Assembly (NCBI GenBank): GCA_038087875.1
Contig: CM075988.1
Location: 1,674,001-1,738,000 of the forward strand
Direction: 5' to 3'
Length of the DNA stretch: 64,000 bases
Source: Malacoraja senta
Lineage: Eukaryota
How positions within the stretch are numbered: the first letter of the stretch is position 1; every line of letters starts with the position of its first letter. The notes beneath the pieces are model-generated. The model saw nothing but the letters and a program-made list of their open reading frames with translations, ran no database searches and was not told the origin of the DNA. Both the position numbers and the translations under genes were made by a program. Shown here one piece after another: positions 36,419 through 49,537 of this stretch.

Positions 36419-37930
36419 CACTACTGTTTCTTCGTGGGAGTGAATAACCTCACATTCGTACAAGTTGCATTCCATCTCCCCTTTTGCTGTGCACTCGTTG
36501 ACTTTATCTCTATCCCCTGCAACCTCCTCAGCACTCACATTCTCCTTTCAGTTTTGTCATACACTCATTGGATCACAGAGACACAGCATGCAAACGGGTC
36601 CTTTGGCTCACCTGGTCTGCAAAGACCATTAAACATTTATTTATACTAATCCTACATCAATTTGGACATATAATCCCCACATTTACATTCTTGATATAGA
36701 TTGTGAATAGCTGGAGCCCAAGAACAGATTTTAGTTTAAGTTTATTATTGTTAGGTGTACCGAGGTACAGTGAAAAGCATTGTTTTGCATGCAGTCCAAT
36801 CAGATCAGGTAATGCTATACATAAATACAATGAATCCAAACTCAAGTACAATATGTAGAGCAAAGTGAAAGATGCAGAGTGTAGAATATCGTTCTCAGCT
36901 AGATTCATGGGTAGAAAAGAGATTTAGTTAAGTAGAGCAATTGAATTGAATGACAGCAGATCCTTTGGGACCTTCTGAATATTAAAATGTGCCACTTTCA
37001 TTCTATAAGAATATGAAATGCAAGCGCAGAAGTATGAGTGGGCTGTTTGACCCTTCGAGTCTGTTCTGCCTTCAGTAAGATCATGGTTGTTGTAATCTTG
37101 GGTCAAAGCCATTTCCCCAGAAATCCTTAATTCTTGTTATTCGTGTAGTTGTCAATCACTGCCTCAAATATATTAAATGACTTAATCCCCTTTACCTGAT
37201 AAAATAAATTCCTCTTCGTCTCCATCTGAAATGGCAATTCCATTTTCTAAAACTCTGCCCCCAATTCTCGATAGCCGCACTCGGAGAAACATTCTCTCAG
37301 GATCCACCCAGTCAATCCCTCTGTTTCAAAAAGATCACCTCATTCTTCTGAACTCTAGTCAATAAAGGACTGATTGGCTCAACTTTCTTCACGTGTCACC
37401 TCCTTCGTCCCAAGAATCAAACTAAAGAACCTTCTCAGTGTTGTTTCCAAAGCAAGCATATCCTTCTTTAAAACTGAAGTCAATATTCCAGGCACAGCAG
37501 CGCCCTGTAAAGTTACATTAAACAGTCTCTCCTTTTATGCTTCATCCCATTGCAGTTAGGGCCAGCATTCCATTGCCTTCCCAGTTACTTGCTGTATCCA
37601 TGCAAATTGAGTTTCATCCATAGATTCCTTTGCAGTGCAATATTTTGCAGCCTAATGTAATTTAAGTAATAAGTTGCTTTTGCATTCCATCTTCCAAAGC
37701 AGATATTCTCACACTTTCCCCACATCTACCAACTTCTTGCCCATCACTTAACTTGGACATGTCAAAGTGCAGCCACTTTGCGACCTCCCTGTTTGCTAAC
37801 TGTGCTGGTACTGTGCCACTGAGCTTTGCTGGGACCACATGTTTATTTCATTGTGGGGCTGAGAGAAGCAGGTAGAGTGATCTACCTCTGTTGGCACAGA
37901 ATTCTGATGCTGTTGTATGCTCTTTTTTAG

Positions 37931-38057
37931 ATTGAGGAGAAAGTGCTTGACTGGCAGATCTCTGCCCATAGTGCGTTAAACTGTTGGTTCCCAGATGCCT
38001 CAAACTGGTCAGAACTTGTTCAGTCCGCTCTGCGCTTCCTTTCAGGAGAAGGTGCAC
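37931..38057 (+). CDS. NFRKB: NFRKB exon I: IEEKVLDWQISAHSALNCWFPDASNWSELVQSALRFLSGEGA
   Basis: Matches LEERVLDWQSSPASSLNSWFSAAPNWAELVLPALQYLAGE; tttttag| and C|gtaagt; phase 0-1. Confidence 0.95.
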
Positions 38058-38129
38058 GTAAGTCTGATTTCTCCGTTTTTCCGGTGAAGGCATCACTGCC
38101 TCGGTATTTATGTGTCTGGATCAGTTGAA

Positions 38130-39885
38130 TTCAGATAGTGAAGATGGTTGTGAAAAATTGCAGCAGGATCTTGATCGATTGGCCAGGTGGGCTGAGGAAT
38201 GGTTGATGGAATTTAATACAGAGAAATGTGAGGTGTTGAATTTTGGGTAGTCTAACATGGGCAGGAACTACACAGTAAATGCTAGGCCTCTGGGTAGTGT
38301 TGTAGAGCAGAAGAATCTAGGAGTGCAGGTGCATGGTTCCTTGAAGATGGTGTCACAGGTAGATAAGGTGGTCAAAAAGGCTTTTGGTACATTGGCCTTC
38401 ATTGGTCAGAGTATTGAGTACAGAGGTTGGGAGGTCACATTGCAGTTGTATAAGACGTTGGTGAGGCCGCTTTTAAAGTATTGTGTTCAGTTCTGGGCAC
38501 CATGCTCTTGAAAATATGAGGAAGAAGATTGGACATTTTGCCTTCCATCACAGTGAGGAATGTGGGGAATCTGCTGTGGTGGATGTATATGTTAACTTTT
38601 ATGTAGTTGTGTGTCTTGGTGCTTTTTTTTTCGTATGTCACATATCACTGTACCGTAATTGGTACATGTGACAATAAAAGTCCTTTGAAACCTTTGAACC
38701 TGGAAAGGGTACAGAGAAGATTTACGAGGATGTTGCCAGGACTAGAGGGTCTGAGCTACAGGGAGAGGTTGATTAGGCTGGGACTCTATTCCTTGGAACG
38801 CAAGAGGATGAGGGGTGATCTTATTGAGGTGTATATAGTCATGAGAGGAATAGATCGGGTAGATGCACAGTCTCTTGTCCAGAGTACGGGAATCGAAGAC
38901 CAGAGCACATAGGTTTAAGGTGAAGGGGAAAAGATTTGAAAGGAATTTGAGGGGTAACTTTTTCACACAAACGGTGGTGGGTGTATGGAACAAGCTGCAA
39001 GTGGACGTTGTTGACGCTGGGACTATCCCAACATTTAAGAAACAGTCAGACAGGTACATGGATAGGACAGGTTTGGAGGGATATGGACCAAAAGTGGGCA
39101 GGTGGGACAGGTGTAGCTGGGACATGTTAGCTGGTGTGGGCAGGTTGGGCCAAGGGCCTGTTTCATGTTGTGGCACTCTATGAATGTCTGATCATTAGTG
39201 ACAGGATATGGTGAAGGACTCAGTAAGGATTATCCCACAGTGGCAAGGGAAGGGAAGATGGTCACTTATTTGCCATTTACAGCCTTTCCCTCGCTCTTGT
39301 GGCTTGCAAGCATGGACTACCTCATTTACAAATGGAATAACACACATTGCAACATCAGTACACATCCACATTTCCATATTAATGATGGAAGGAAAATCAT
39401 TTCGCAGATGAAGGAAAAGAAGATGTTTGTACCAAACTTATTGCACAGAGCAGATGTTGCCAGGATATGAGCTACAATGAGAGGTTGGATAGACTAGGAC
39501 TTTATTCCTTGGAGCGCTGGATGCTAATGAGGGATCTTATAGTGGTGTATAAAATCTTGAGGGGAATAGATGAGGTGAATGCACAATCTTTTACTCAAGG
39601 TCGGTGAATTAAAAACCAGAGGATACAGGATTAGGGTGAGAGGAGGGGAAGATTTAATGGGAACCTGAGGGGCAACGTTTCACACAGATGGGTGGTGGGT
39701 ATATGGAAGGAGTTGCCAGAGCAAGTAGTTGAGGCAAGTACTATCACAGCATTTAAAAGACACTTGCACAGTTACATGGATAGGATAGATTTAAAGGGAT
39801 AGGAGGGACCAAGCTCTGGGAAATGGGACTAGCTTGGATGGGGCATCTTGGTTGGTTGGACAAGTTGGGCTGAAGGACCTGTTTG
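38130..39885 (+). mobile_element. CR1 3' fragments (38130-39183, with an insert at about 38515-38700; 39455-39885)
   Basis: LVRPLLKYCVQFW, RRFTRMLPGL and VGVWNKL remnants. Confidence 0.85.
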
Positions 39886-41983
39886 ATTTATATTAACCAA
39901 CCTTGATGCTTTTTAACCTCAGTTCTTCCCGGGCTCTTTGAAGCTGCATTGCTGAGGCACAACTTAGCAACACAATTAGTGTGTCCAGTATATTTATCCT
40001 TGTTCTGCTTTAACCAAGCAGTTATGGACAGTCTATACGACAGGTTATTAAAGTCCACAAAGCTGGTGGGCTTTTGGAGCTTAAAAAACTGCAGGTGCTG
40101 GAAACCTGAAATTAAACTGTAAAATGCTGGAAACACTCAGCAGGTCAGGCAGCATCTGAGAGAGAAACACTGTTAATTTTTCAGTCAAAGGCCCCTTGTT
40201 GCCACAGCAAAAGACAGACAGCAGGTTAGTTTTCAGTAGCAGGTTGCATGGAATTGGGATGGATGAGTCATAGGGAATGTTTCTGATCAGGTGAGGCAGT
40301 TTGATGTTGTGGTGTGGAACATAGAATGGTTCAGCACAAGAACAGGCCCTTCGGCCCACGCCTGTGTGGACCGTGAACCAAGTTAATCTCTTATCTTCAC
40401 GTGATCCATATTCCTCCATTCTCTGCCAATGCATGTGCCTATCTGAAAGCCTGTTAACTGCCATTGCTATTTGCTTCTACCATCACCCTTGCAAAGTGTT
40501 CGGTACCCACCACTCTCTGTGTGAAAATAACCACAGCTCTCCACGCTCCGAACTCGGCCAGCTCCACGATGGTGAGTAGTCCGCAGGCTCCGCGACTGGA
40601 GCCCCAGGTCGTTCCGGTTGGAGGCCGCTCCACGGTACTAGGCCCCAACGACAACGGAGACCCGACAGAGAAAGGTCGGGTCCTCCATACAGGGAAGAGA
40701 TTTTTTAAAGTTTCCCCCTTCCCCCCCCGCCCCCCACATATACACAGTTAAAAACAATATTAAAAAACACAAACAACTACATTTAACTAGACAAAAATAA
40801 AATAAAAGACAGACGGACTGCAGTCGAGCCGCTGCCGTTAGGCGCCGCCACTTCCGGATTCAAGTTTATCCAACTTCTCCTTATAGCTAATGTGCTCTAA
40901 TCCAGCCATGGTAAACTTCTGCACCCTCTTCAAGGCCTCCACATCCTTCCTGTAATGGGGTGTCTAGAACTGAGCACAATACGCTAAATGTGGCCTATGT
41001 TTTAATGCTGCAATATGGCTTCCTGACCCAATGAAGACAAACATACCATATACCTTTTACCAACTCTATTTACATGTGTGCTGTTTTCTGTGAGCAATGG
41101 ACTTAGACTTCAAGAGTACTCTGTACATCAATGCTGTTAAGGATCTTTCCATTAATTGTACCCTTTCCCCATACATCGACCTTTAGAAACCTTTGGAAAC
41201 AGGCCCTTCAGCCCACGAGTCCTCACCGACCAGCGATCGCCCCATACACTAGCACTATCCTACACACTAGGGAAAATGTACAGAAACCAATTAACCTACA
41301 AACATGTACGTTTTGGGATACCGTTTATCACCTAGGCAACAGTTTATCACCACAACAAACTTAAGCTCACCCATCAGACCCACCTGATCTGCATGTTTTG
41401 GGCATTTTGCATCTTTATTTGAGGTGTGTGTAACTTTGAGGTCACTATAACTTAGGCCAGCTGTTCTTCCATTTCCTTGTCTCTCATCCATTGACATCTT
41501 TCCACCAAAATCTCCACATCACTTGACTTCTTAATCCCCCTTTTTGTCAACCTTAATCCTCCCCCTCCCTCATTACTAACAGGGTGTGATTCTGAACTCC
41601 AAGCTGCTCCTCACCTTCATCTCTCGTGTGTGGCCTTTTGCTGTCCTGTGCAATTGGAGCTGTTGCCTGGTACGGGGTGGGGTGGAGGGGGGGGGGGGGG
41701 TTGTAGTTGAGCAATGCTTGGCTCAGTATGTAGTTGGCAGATGGTGGTGTAAGGGATGCGTCTAGTGGCAGTGATGTGACGGATGCTGGTTGTGTGCAAA
41801 TGTAAAAGGTACAGATTATGGTGCTGGAGAACACTTACTCAATGGACAGTTTCCTTACCATGGACATACACTGGTTACAAAGCATTGGCTTGGTACTTTG
41901 ACTTCCAGGACACGTTTAGAGAGAGAACACTGCGACGTGCACTTCAGCGGACGATGCCTGACCTGTCTCTTTGTTTCACACAG

Positions 41984-42061
41984 TTGGTGTCGCAGCTCTT
42001 CCGTCCAACTTCACTCCGTACGTGAACTGCAGAGAGCGGGGCCAGCACTGGAAGTGGATCG
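41984..42061 (+). CDS. NFRKB: NFRKB exon J: LGVAALPSNFTPYVNCRERGQHWKWI (alternative in-frame start at 41996)
   Basis: Matches AVPSSFSPFVEFKEKTQQWKLLG; pyrimidine tract plus cacag|, donor G|gtgagt; phase 1-1. Confidence 0.88.
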
Positions 42062-43209
42062 GTGAGTCTGGTGTGTGCTATTGCTCAACGTGCCATCTAG
42101 TTTCTCTTGTGAATGAGAAGTTGCATGGCCTCCTGTATCACTGCTCCATTATCAAATTCTGTCCCAGTCTGATTGCCCAGACCGTTAGCAGCATTGTGTG
42201 AGGTGATAGAATATACGTCAGAGGCACGGACTGGGGCATTCACAGGAATGATACCAGGAAAGCGTGGAGTTACACAGTGTGGAAACAGGCCCTTCAGCTC
42301 AATTCATCCACACTGACCAAGTTGCTCATCTGGTCCCATTTACCTGCATTTAATCCATATCCCTCCAAACCTTTCCTATGCATGTACCTGGATAAATAAT
42401 ATCACATTATTATTGTATCCACATCTACACGTTTCTCTGGAAACCTGCTCCCTGTACCCGCCACTCTGTTAAAAAAAAAGTTGACTCTAAGGTTATTTCG
42501 AAATATTTCTCCTCTCACCTTATAATCTATGCCCCTCATGAATTTATAAACCTCTATAAGGTCACACTCAGCCTCCAGTCCCTCAGTCACACTCAGCCAG
42601 TCCAGTCCCTCATAACGCAAGCCCTTCATTCCCAGTAACATCTTTGTGAGCCTTTTTCACTGACAAGAATTTCTGCCTCTTGACATTCAGACAGTGTATT
42701 CCAGACACCCACCCACTAGGTGGAAGTTATTTTTTCATCCCTTCAGTTACTTTAAATCCATAGCCCCTGATTTTTTGCGAAGCTGTAAGGTCCTCGGGGG
42801 CCTCAGAAGGGTGGCAATGGAGAGGAGGGCTATATTTTGTTGTCAGAGTGAAGAGCAAGTGAAGTAAGACTTAAGGAACCCTGGATGACTAGAGAAATTG
42901 AGGCTCAGATCAGGAAAAGGAAGGGGGGATTGGTCAGGCATTGGCAACTGCAATGAAGCAAGTGTATCCCTGGGGGAGTAGAAGGGATTGAGGAACATTA
43001 GTATGAAATCAGAAGGGTAAATAGGAGGCATGATAGCTTGGGCAGATAATATTACAATCCAAAGAAATTCAGTGGAAAAAACTGTAAGGAGATAGAGTAG
43101 GGTCCCTCCCTCAGAAACCAAAGCTGTTATCTAGCATGGAGTCGCTGAAGATGCACATGGTCCTCATTGAATATTTCTTCTCTGTTTTTACCACTGAGAA
43201 AAACATGAA

Positions 43210-44200
43210 GTTGGGAGGTCACGTTACAGTTGTATAAGACGTTGGTGAGACTGCATTTAGAATATTGTGTTCAGTTCTGGGCACCATGTATAGGAAAGAT
43301 ATTGTCCAACTTGAAAGGGTTCAGAAAAGATTTACGAGGATGTTGCCAGGACTAGAGGGTGTGAGCTATAGGGAGAGGTGGAGTAGGCTGGATCTCTATT
43401 CCATGGAGCACAGGAGGATGAGGAGTGATCTTATAGAGGCATACAAAATCATGAGAGGAATAGATCTGGTAGATGCACAGAGTAAGGGAATCTGCCCAGA
43501 GTAGGGGAATCAAGGACCAGAGGACATAGGTTCAAGGTGAAGGGGAGAAGATTTAACAGGAATCTGAGGGGTAACATTTTCACACAGGTACATGGATAGG
43601 ACAGGCTTGGAGGGATATGGACCAAGCGTAGGCAAGTGGTATTAGTGTAGCTGGGACATTGTTGGCCAGTGTGGGCAAGGTGGGCCGAAGGGGCTGTTTC
43701 CACACTGCATCACTCTATGAAGGTGACAAAGTGCTGAATATTGTAGGTCATGTGAAAGTAGATATAATTTCCAGGCCTGATAAGATATATCCAAGGATAT
43801 CCATAGAGAAGAAATTGCAGGAGTCCTTGCTGAGATGTAAGAATCATCATTAGACAGAGGTAAGGTGCCAGAAAACTGGAAGGTGGCTAATGTGGTTTTA
43901 TGAAAGAAGGCCTGAAAAGAAAAGTCGAGGAACTACAGACCAGTAAGCCTAACATCTGTGGCAGGCAAGTTGCTGGTGAGGATTCTGAGAGTTACGATAT
44001 ACATGCATTTGGAAACACAGATGCTGTTTAGGGATGTTCAGTGTGGTTTTGTCTGTGGGAGATCGTCTCATGAATTTGAGTTTTTTTTGTAAAAATGACC
44101 AAGAGGTTGCTGAGGGCAGGATATAGACGTAGTCTATATACACTTCAGCAAGGCCTATATGAGACACTGCATGGTAGGCTATTTTCACTTAGATCGTATC
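43210..44200 (+). mobile_element. Degraded CR1 fragments
   Basis: QKRFTRMLPGLEG and NYRPVSLTS remnants. Confidence 0.8.
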
Positions 44201-44245
44201 GTATCCAGGAAGAGAAAGGGACTGGATGGAGAATTTACAGAGGCC

Positions 44246-44455
44246 AGGTAGACACAAAATGCTGCAGAAACTCAGCGGGTGAGGCAGCATCTATGGAAAG
44301 AAGGAATTGGCGACGTTTTGGGTCAAGACCCTTCTGGTCTCGACCCGAAACGTCACCAATTCCTTCTCTCCATAGATGCTGCCTCACCCACCGAGTTTCT
44401 CTAGCATTTTGTGTCTACCTTCGATTTTACCAGCATCTGCAGTTCTTTCTTAAAC
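44246..44455. mobile_element. Miniature fold-back Penelope-derived insertion with 12-bp TSD, inside a minus-strand SINE
   Basis: Inverted arms meet at about 44335; ATTTACAGAGGC at 44233-44244 and 44456-44467. Confidence 0.85.
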
Positions 44456-45831
44456 ATTTACAGAGGCAAATTACCCTACAAACCCGCAAGTCTTTGGGAT
44501 GTGGGAGGAAACCGGAGAATCCGGAGGAAACCCATGCAGTCACAGGGAGAACGTGCAAACTCCACATAGGCAGCCCCCGAGGTTAGGATCTATGGCACTC
44601 TGAGGCAGCGGCTCTGCCAGATGTACCACTGTGCTGCCCCTAAAGGTTATTCAAGCAGATGTTTCCAGTCTACACTTGCTATATTGCTGAATTACTTGTC
44701 CTTCTCATCAATTTGACCTTGCTGTAATTTAGAACACCGAGTCCCATTTTATCTTTGTCCTTTTCCCTAACTGTAAATCTTTCTGACTTACAATCACAAA
44801 ACTCCCCCCGCTCCTGTTAACCCACCCAGCTTCTGTCAGAACCCACTACTCATTGGCCTTTCCACTATCTCAAACAATTCTGTATCCTCTATACATTTTA
44901 CACTGACTGCCCCAATTAATATCAGTATAATTCCCAGGTAAGGGAAATCAAAAACCAGAGGACATAGATGAGAGGGGGTAAATGTAAGAAGAACCTGAGG
45001 GGCAGCTTATTCCACACGGATTGTGATGGGTATATAGAACGAGCTGCCAGAGAAGCTGGTTGAGGCAGGAAGTATAACAACATTTGAAAGATACTGGGGA
45101 TAGAATAGAGGGACATGGGCAAATGGAGCAACTTGGTCAGCGTGGATGAATTAGGCTGACGGGCATGTTTCTGTGTATGATTCTGTGAAAGAAAGACAGA
45201 TTTGAAATCAAATAATTTTGGTTTTTGTTTTGGAATATTGCCTACAAATTTCCTCTTTCTTTCGTGGACCATAATGTTTCGAAGACCAGGGACTGTGGTT
45301 TGGATCGGGGACTGAGGCTTGGTCTAGGGGCAGGGCTCAACCAGGGAGAAGTGCTCAGAACTGGGGAGCTCGGGCCACGGGAGAGGGGGGTTTGGACCAG
45401 GGGAGAGAGGGGCTCGAACCAGGGGAAGGGGGCTTCGACCAGAGAAAGAGGCTGGGGAGGGGGGGGGGGGGTGTTAGGACCAGGAAGAAGCTCAGCTCTG
45501 TCGCCTGAATGTTAGAGGATATTGGTGAGTAATTAAGGTCTGTGTAATAATAATAATAATAGATTTTATTTATATAGCGCTAGGCAGGGACTGCAGATGC
45601 TGGTTTACATCAAAGATACACACAAAATGCTTTAGTAACTCAGCGGAACAGACAGCATCTCTGGATAGAAGGAATGGGTGATGTTTCGAGTCTGAGTCTG
45701 AAGAAGGGTCTAGAAGTCGCCCATTGCTTCTTTTCCAGCGATGCTGCCTGTCCTGCTGAATAATTGAGGTCAATGATTGTGATTGATGACAGTTCAATTA
45801 TTTCAGCAGCTTCCTCTTCCCGATTCTGCAG

Positions 45832-45911
45832 GTTCTGGACGTGACTCGGAGAAGGAGATTACATTGTTGTGTCAGCTGTGGTTCGAAGTCAAGGATCAGA
45901 CCTTGCCCAAG
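45832..45911 (+). CDS. NFRKB: NFRKB exon K: GSGRDSEKEITLLCQLWFEVKDQTLPK
   Basis: Matches GQSQDNEKELAALFQLWLETKDQAFCK; ctgcag| and AAG|gtagag; phase 1-0. Confidence 0.92.
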
Positions 45912-46448
45912 GTAGAGTAGTGACATCCCACTTTTTATAGAAACAGGTAGAATGCAAGTGTGTGGTTTATCATTACCTGTTTGGTTAATGTGCACCGTGA
46001 CATTCTGGGCAACTCAACTTTTGTTCATCTGATTCATTTATATTCACGTTGCAGTGAATTTAGATCGGTTTCTTCATGAGGGCAATCACAATCCTGTTCT
46101 CTGCTAACCCACGTTATTTCTAATCTTTCTTTGGGGTGATTTGACATTTCAAAATATTAGCCTAGTGAGCGAAATCAGTTGTAAATAATAAAGATCGATT
46201 TGCTTTGGAGTTGAAGTCGAGTTGTTGAGTTTTTACGGTTAGGATGGAAGCAGATGCTGGGAGATCCTCTCGGCATCGGGTTCCCGGGTTTAATCCTGAC
46301 CTCCAGTGCTGTCTGTGTGGAGCTTGCCCTTTCTCCCTGTGACTGGGTGTGCTTCCACTGATTGCTCTGGTTTTCTTCACGTCCCAAAGATGTGTGGGTT
46401 TGTGGGTTAATTGGCCTCTGTAAATTGCTGCTGGTGTGTCGGGAGTGG

Positions 46449-47072
46449 ATAGAAACATAGAAACATAGAAAATAGGTGCAGGAGTAGGCCATTCGGCCCT
46501 TCGAGCCTGCATCGCCATTCAATATGATCATGGCTGATCATCCAACTCAGTATCCTGTACCTGCTTTCTCTCCATACCCCCTGATCCCTTTAGCCACAAG
46601 GGCCACATCTAACTCCCTCTTAAATATAGCCAATGAACTGGCCTCAACTACCTTCTGTGGCAGAGAATTCCAGAGATTCACCACTCTGTGTGAAAAATGT
46701 TTTTCTCATCTCGGTCCTAAAAGATTTCCCCCTTATCCTTAAACTGTGACCCCTTGTCCTGGACTTCCCCAACATCGGGAACAATCTTCCTGCATCTAGC
46801 CTGTCCAACCCGTTAAGAATTTTGTAAGTTTCTATAAGATCCCCCCTCAATCTTCTAAATTCCAGCGAGTACAAGCCGAGTCTATCCAGTCTTTCTTCAT
46901 ATGAAAGTCCTGTCATCCCAGGAATCAGTCTGGTGAACCTTCTCTGTACTCCCTCTATGGCAAGAATGTCTTTCCTCAGATTTGGAGACCAAAACTGTAC
47001 GCAATACTCCAAGTGTGGTCTCACCAAGACCCTGTACAACCGCAGTAGAACCTCCCTGGTCCTATACTCAAA
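46449..47072 (-). mobile_element. Young CR1 3' fragment (same subfamily as 11019-14075), inserted in a SINE
   Basis: ORF 46644-47105 nearly identical to the C-terminus of the 955-aa ORF; (CATAGAAA)n tail. Confidence 0.92.
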
Positions 47073-47544
47073 TCCAAATGAGAAAGTGGGATAACATTGA
47101 ACCAACGTGAATGGGTGATCGATGTGGACTCTGGGCCAATGGGCCTGTTTCCATTCTGTTTCTATAAATTAAATGCTTTAAAATAGATTTTATTAAAAAT
47201 GAATGCTTCATCATGGGGAATAGCTAGCAGCCATGAATATAAGATTGTCAATAAGAATTCCATTCAGCAATTTGGAGGGAGGATGGTGTGGAACTCACTG
47301 ATACAGGGAATGATTAAAGTGAATAGTACGGATCCATTGAAGGCAAGGCTGAACAACTTTGAGGGTGGCGAGAATAAATAGTTAGGCTGATGCATAAGGA
47401 ATGTCTAGAGAATCTTCAAGTGGAACAGAAATATCACTGTGGACTGGTTGTGATGAATGGCCTGATTCTGTGCTGTTTATCCTATGGATTGCAAAAAAAA
47501 AAAGTTGGGAACTTAACATTCCCAGCTTCAGGTATTCTGAAAGG

Positions 47545-49537
47545 TAGACACAAAATGCTGGAGTAACTCAGCGGGACAGGCAGCATCTCCGGAGAGAAGG
47601 AACGGGTGACGTTGCGGATCGGGACCCTTCTTCACACTGATGTCAGGGGACAGAGAGAATGTAGTCTGAGACAGTAAGGCTGGTGGGAGAACTGGGAAGG
47701 GGGAGAGGATGGAGAGAGAGGGAAAGCAAGGGCTATTTGATATTGGAGAAGTCAATGTTCATACCGCTGGGGTGTAAGCTGCCCAAGCAAAATATGAGGT
47801 GCTGTTCCTCCAATTTGTGCTGGGCCTCACTCTGACAATGGAGGAGGCCCAGGGCAGAAAGGTCAGATTGGGAATGGGTGGGGGAGTTAAAGTGTCGAGG
47901 AACGGGGAGATCAGGTAGGTTAAAGCGGACTGAGCGGAGGTGTTCAGTGAAACGATCACCGAGCCTGCGCTTGGTCTTGCCGATGTACAGAACTTGACAC
48001 CTGAAACAGCGGATACAGTAGATGAGGTTGGAGGAGGTGCAAGTGAACCTCTGCCTCACCCGAAAAGACTGTCGGGGTCCTTGGATAGAGTCGAGGGGGA
48101 AGGTAAAGGGACAGGTGTTGCATCTCCAGCGGTTGCAGGGGAAAGTACCTGGGGAGGGGGTGGTTTGGGCGGGAAGGGACGAGTTGACCAAGGAGTTGCG
48201 GAGGGAACGGTCTCTGCAGAAAGCAGAAAAGGGTGGAGATGGGAAGATGTGGCCAGTAGTGGGATCCTGTTGGAGGTGGCGAGAGTGTTGGAGGATTATT
48301 GGCTGTATGCGACGGCTGATGGGGTGGAAGGTGAGGACAAGGGGGACTTGGACCATCTCCGACATCTCCCTACCGTTTCTGGATCTCACCGTCTCCATCA
48401 GAGGAGACAGACTATCGACTTACATCTACTACAAACCTACTGACTCCCATAGCTATCTAGACTACACTTCTTCCCACCCTGCTGCCTGTAAAGACTCTAT
48501 CCCCTACTCCCAATTCCTCCGTCTACGCCGCATCTGCGCCCAGGATGAGGTTTTCCATACTGGATCATCGGAGATGTCCTCATTCTTTAGGAAACGGAAG
48601 TTCCCCTCTTCCATTATAGATGAGGCTCTCACTAGGGTCTCCTCAATATCCCAGAGCTCCGCTCTTGCTCCCCCTCCCCACATTTGCAACAAGGCCAGAG
48701 TCCCCCTTGTCCTCACCTTCCACCCCACCAGCCGTCGCATTCAGCATATAATCCTCCAACACTTTCGCCACCTCCAATGGGATCCCACAACTGGCCACAT
48801 CTTCCCATCTCCACCCCTTTCTGCTTTCCGCAGAGACCGTTCCCTCCGCAACTCCCTGGTCAACTTGTCCCTTCCCACCCAAACCACCCCCTCCCCAGGT
48901 ACTTTCCCTTGCAACTGCAGGAGATGCAACTCCTGTCCCTTTACCTCCCCCCTCGACTCCATCCAAGGACCCCAACAGTCTTTTCGGGTGAGGCAGAGGT
49001 TCACTTGCACCTCCTCCAACCTCATCTACTGTATCCGCTGTTCCAGGTGTCAACTTCTGCACATTGGCGAGACCAAGAGCAGGCTCGGCGATCATTTCGC
49101 TCAGTCCGCCTTAACCTACCTGATCTCTCGGTTGCTCAGCACTTTAACTCCCCCTCCCATTCCCAATCTGACCTTTTTGTCCTGGGCCTCCTCCACTGTC
49201 AGAGTGAGGCCCGGTGCAAATTGGAGGAATAGCACCTCATATTTTGCTTGGGCAGCTTACACCCCAGCAGTATGAACATTGACTTCTCTAACTTCAAATA
49301 GCACTTGCTCTCCCTCTCTCTCCATCCCCTCCCCAGTTCTCCCACCAGTCTTACTGTCTCCGACTACATTCTATCTCTGTCCTGCCCACTCCCCTGACAT
49401 CAGTCTGAAGAAGGGTCTCGACTCGAATCGTCGCCCATTCCTTCTCTTCAGAGATGCTGCCTGTCCAACTGAGTTACTCCAGCATTTTGTGTCTACCTTC
49501 GATTTAAACCAGCATCTGCAGATCTTTCCTACAGACT
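47545..49537. mobile_element. Penelope-like element (Neptune-type): RT C-terminus plus GIY-YIG endonuclease, with an inverted duplicate 3' arm
   Basis: LPFLDL, YYKPTDSHSYLDYTSSHP, SIPYSQFLRLRRIC; Cys-rich linker; NLIYCIRC...YIGKTKRRL; TSD-like AGGTATTCTG(A/G)AAGG at 47530-47544 and 49538-49552. Confidence 0.92.

Noticed and set aside
48022..49275. 417-aa ORF as a novel protein
   Set aside because: Chimera of the antisense reading of the inverted arm and the truncated Penelope RT/GIY-YIG frame.
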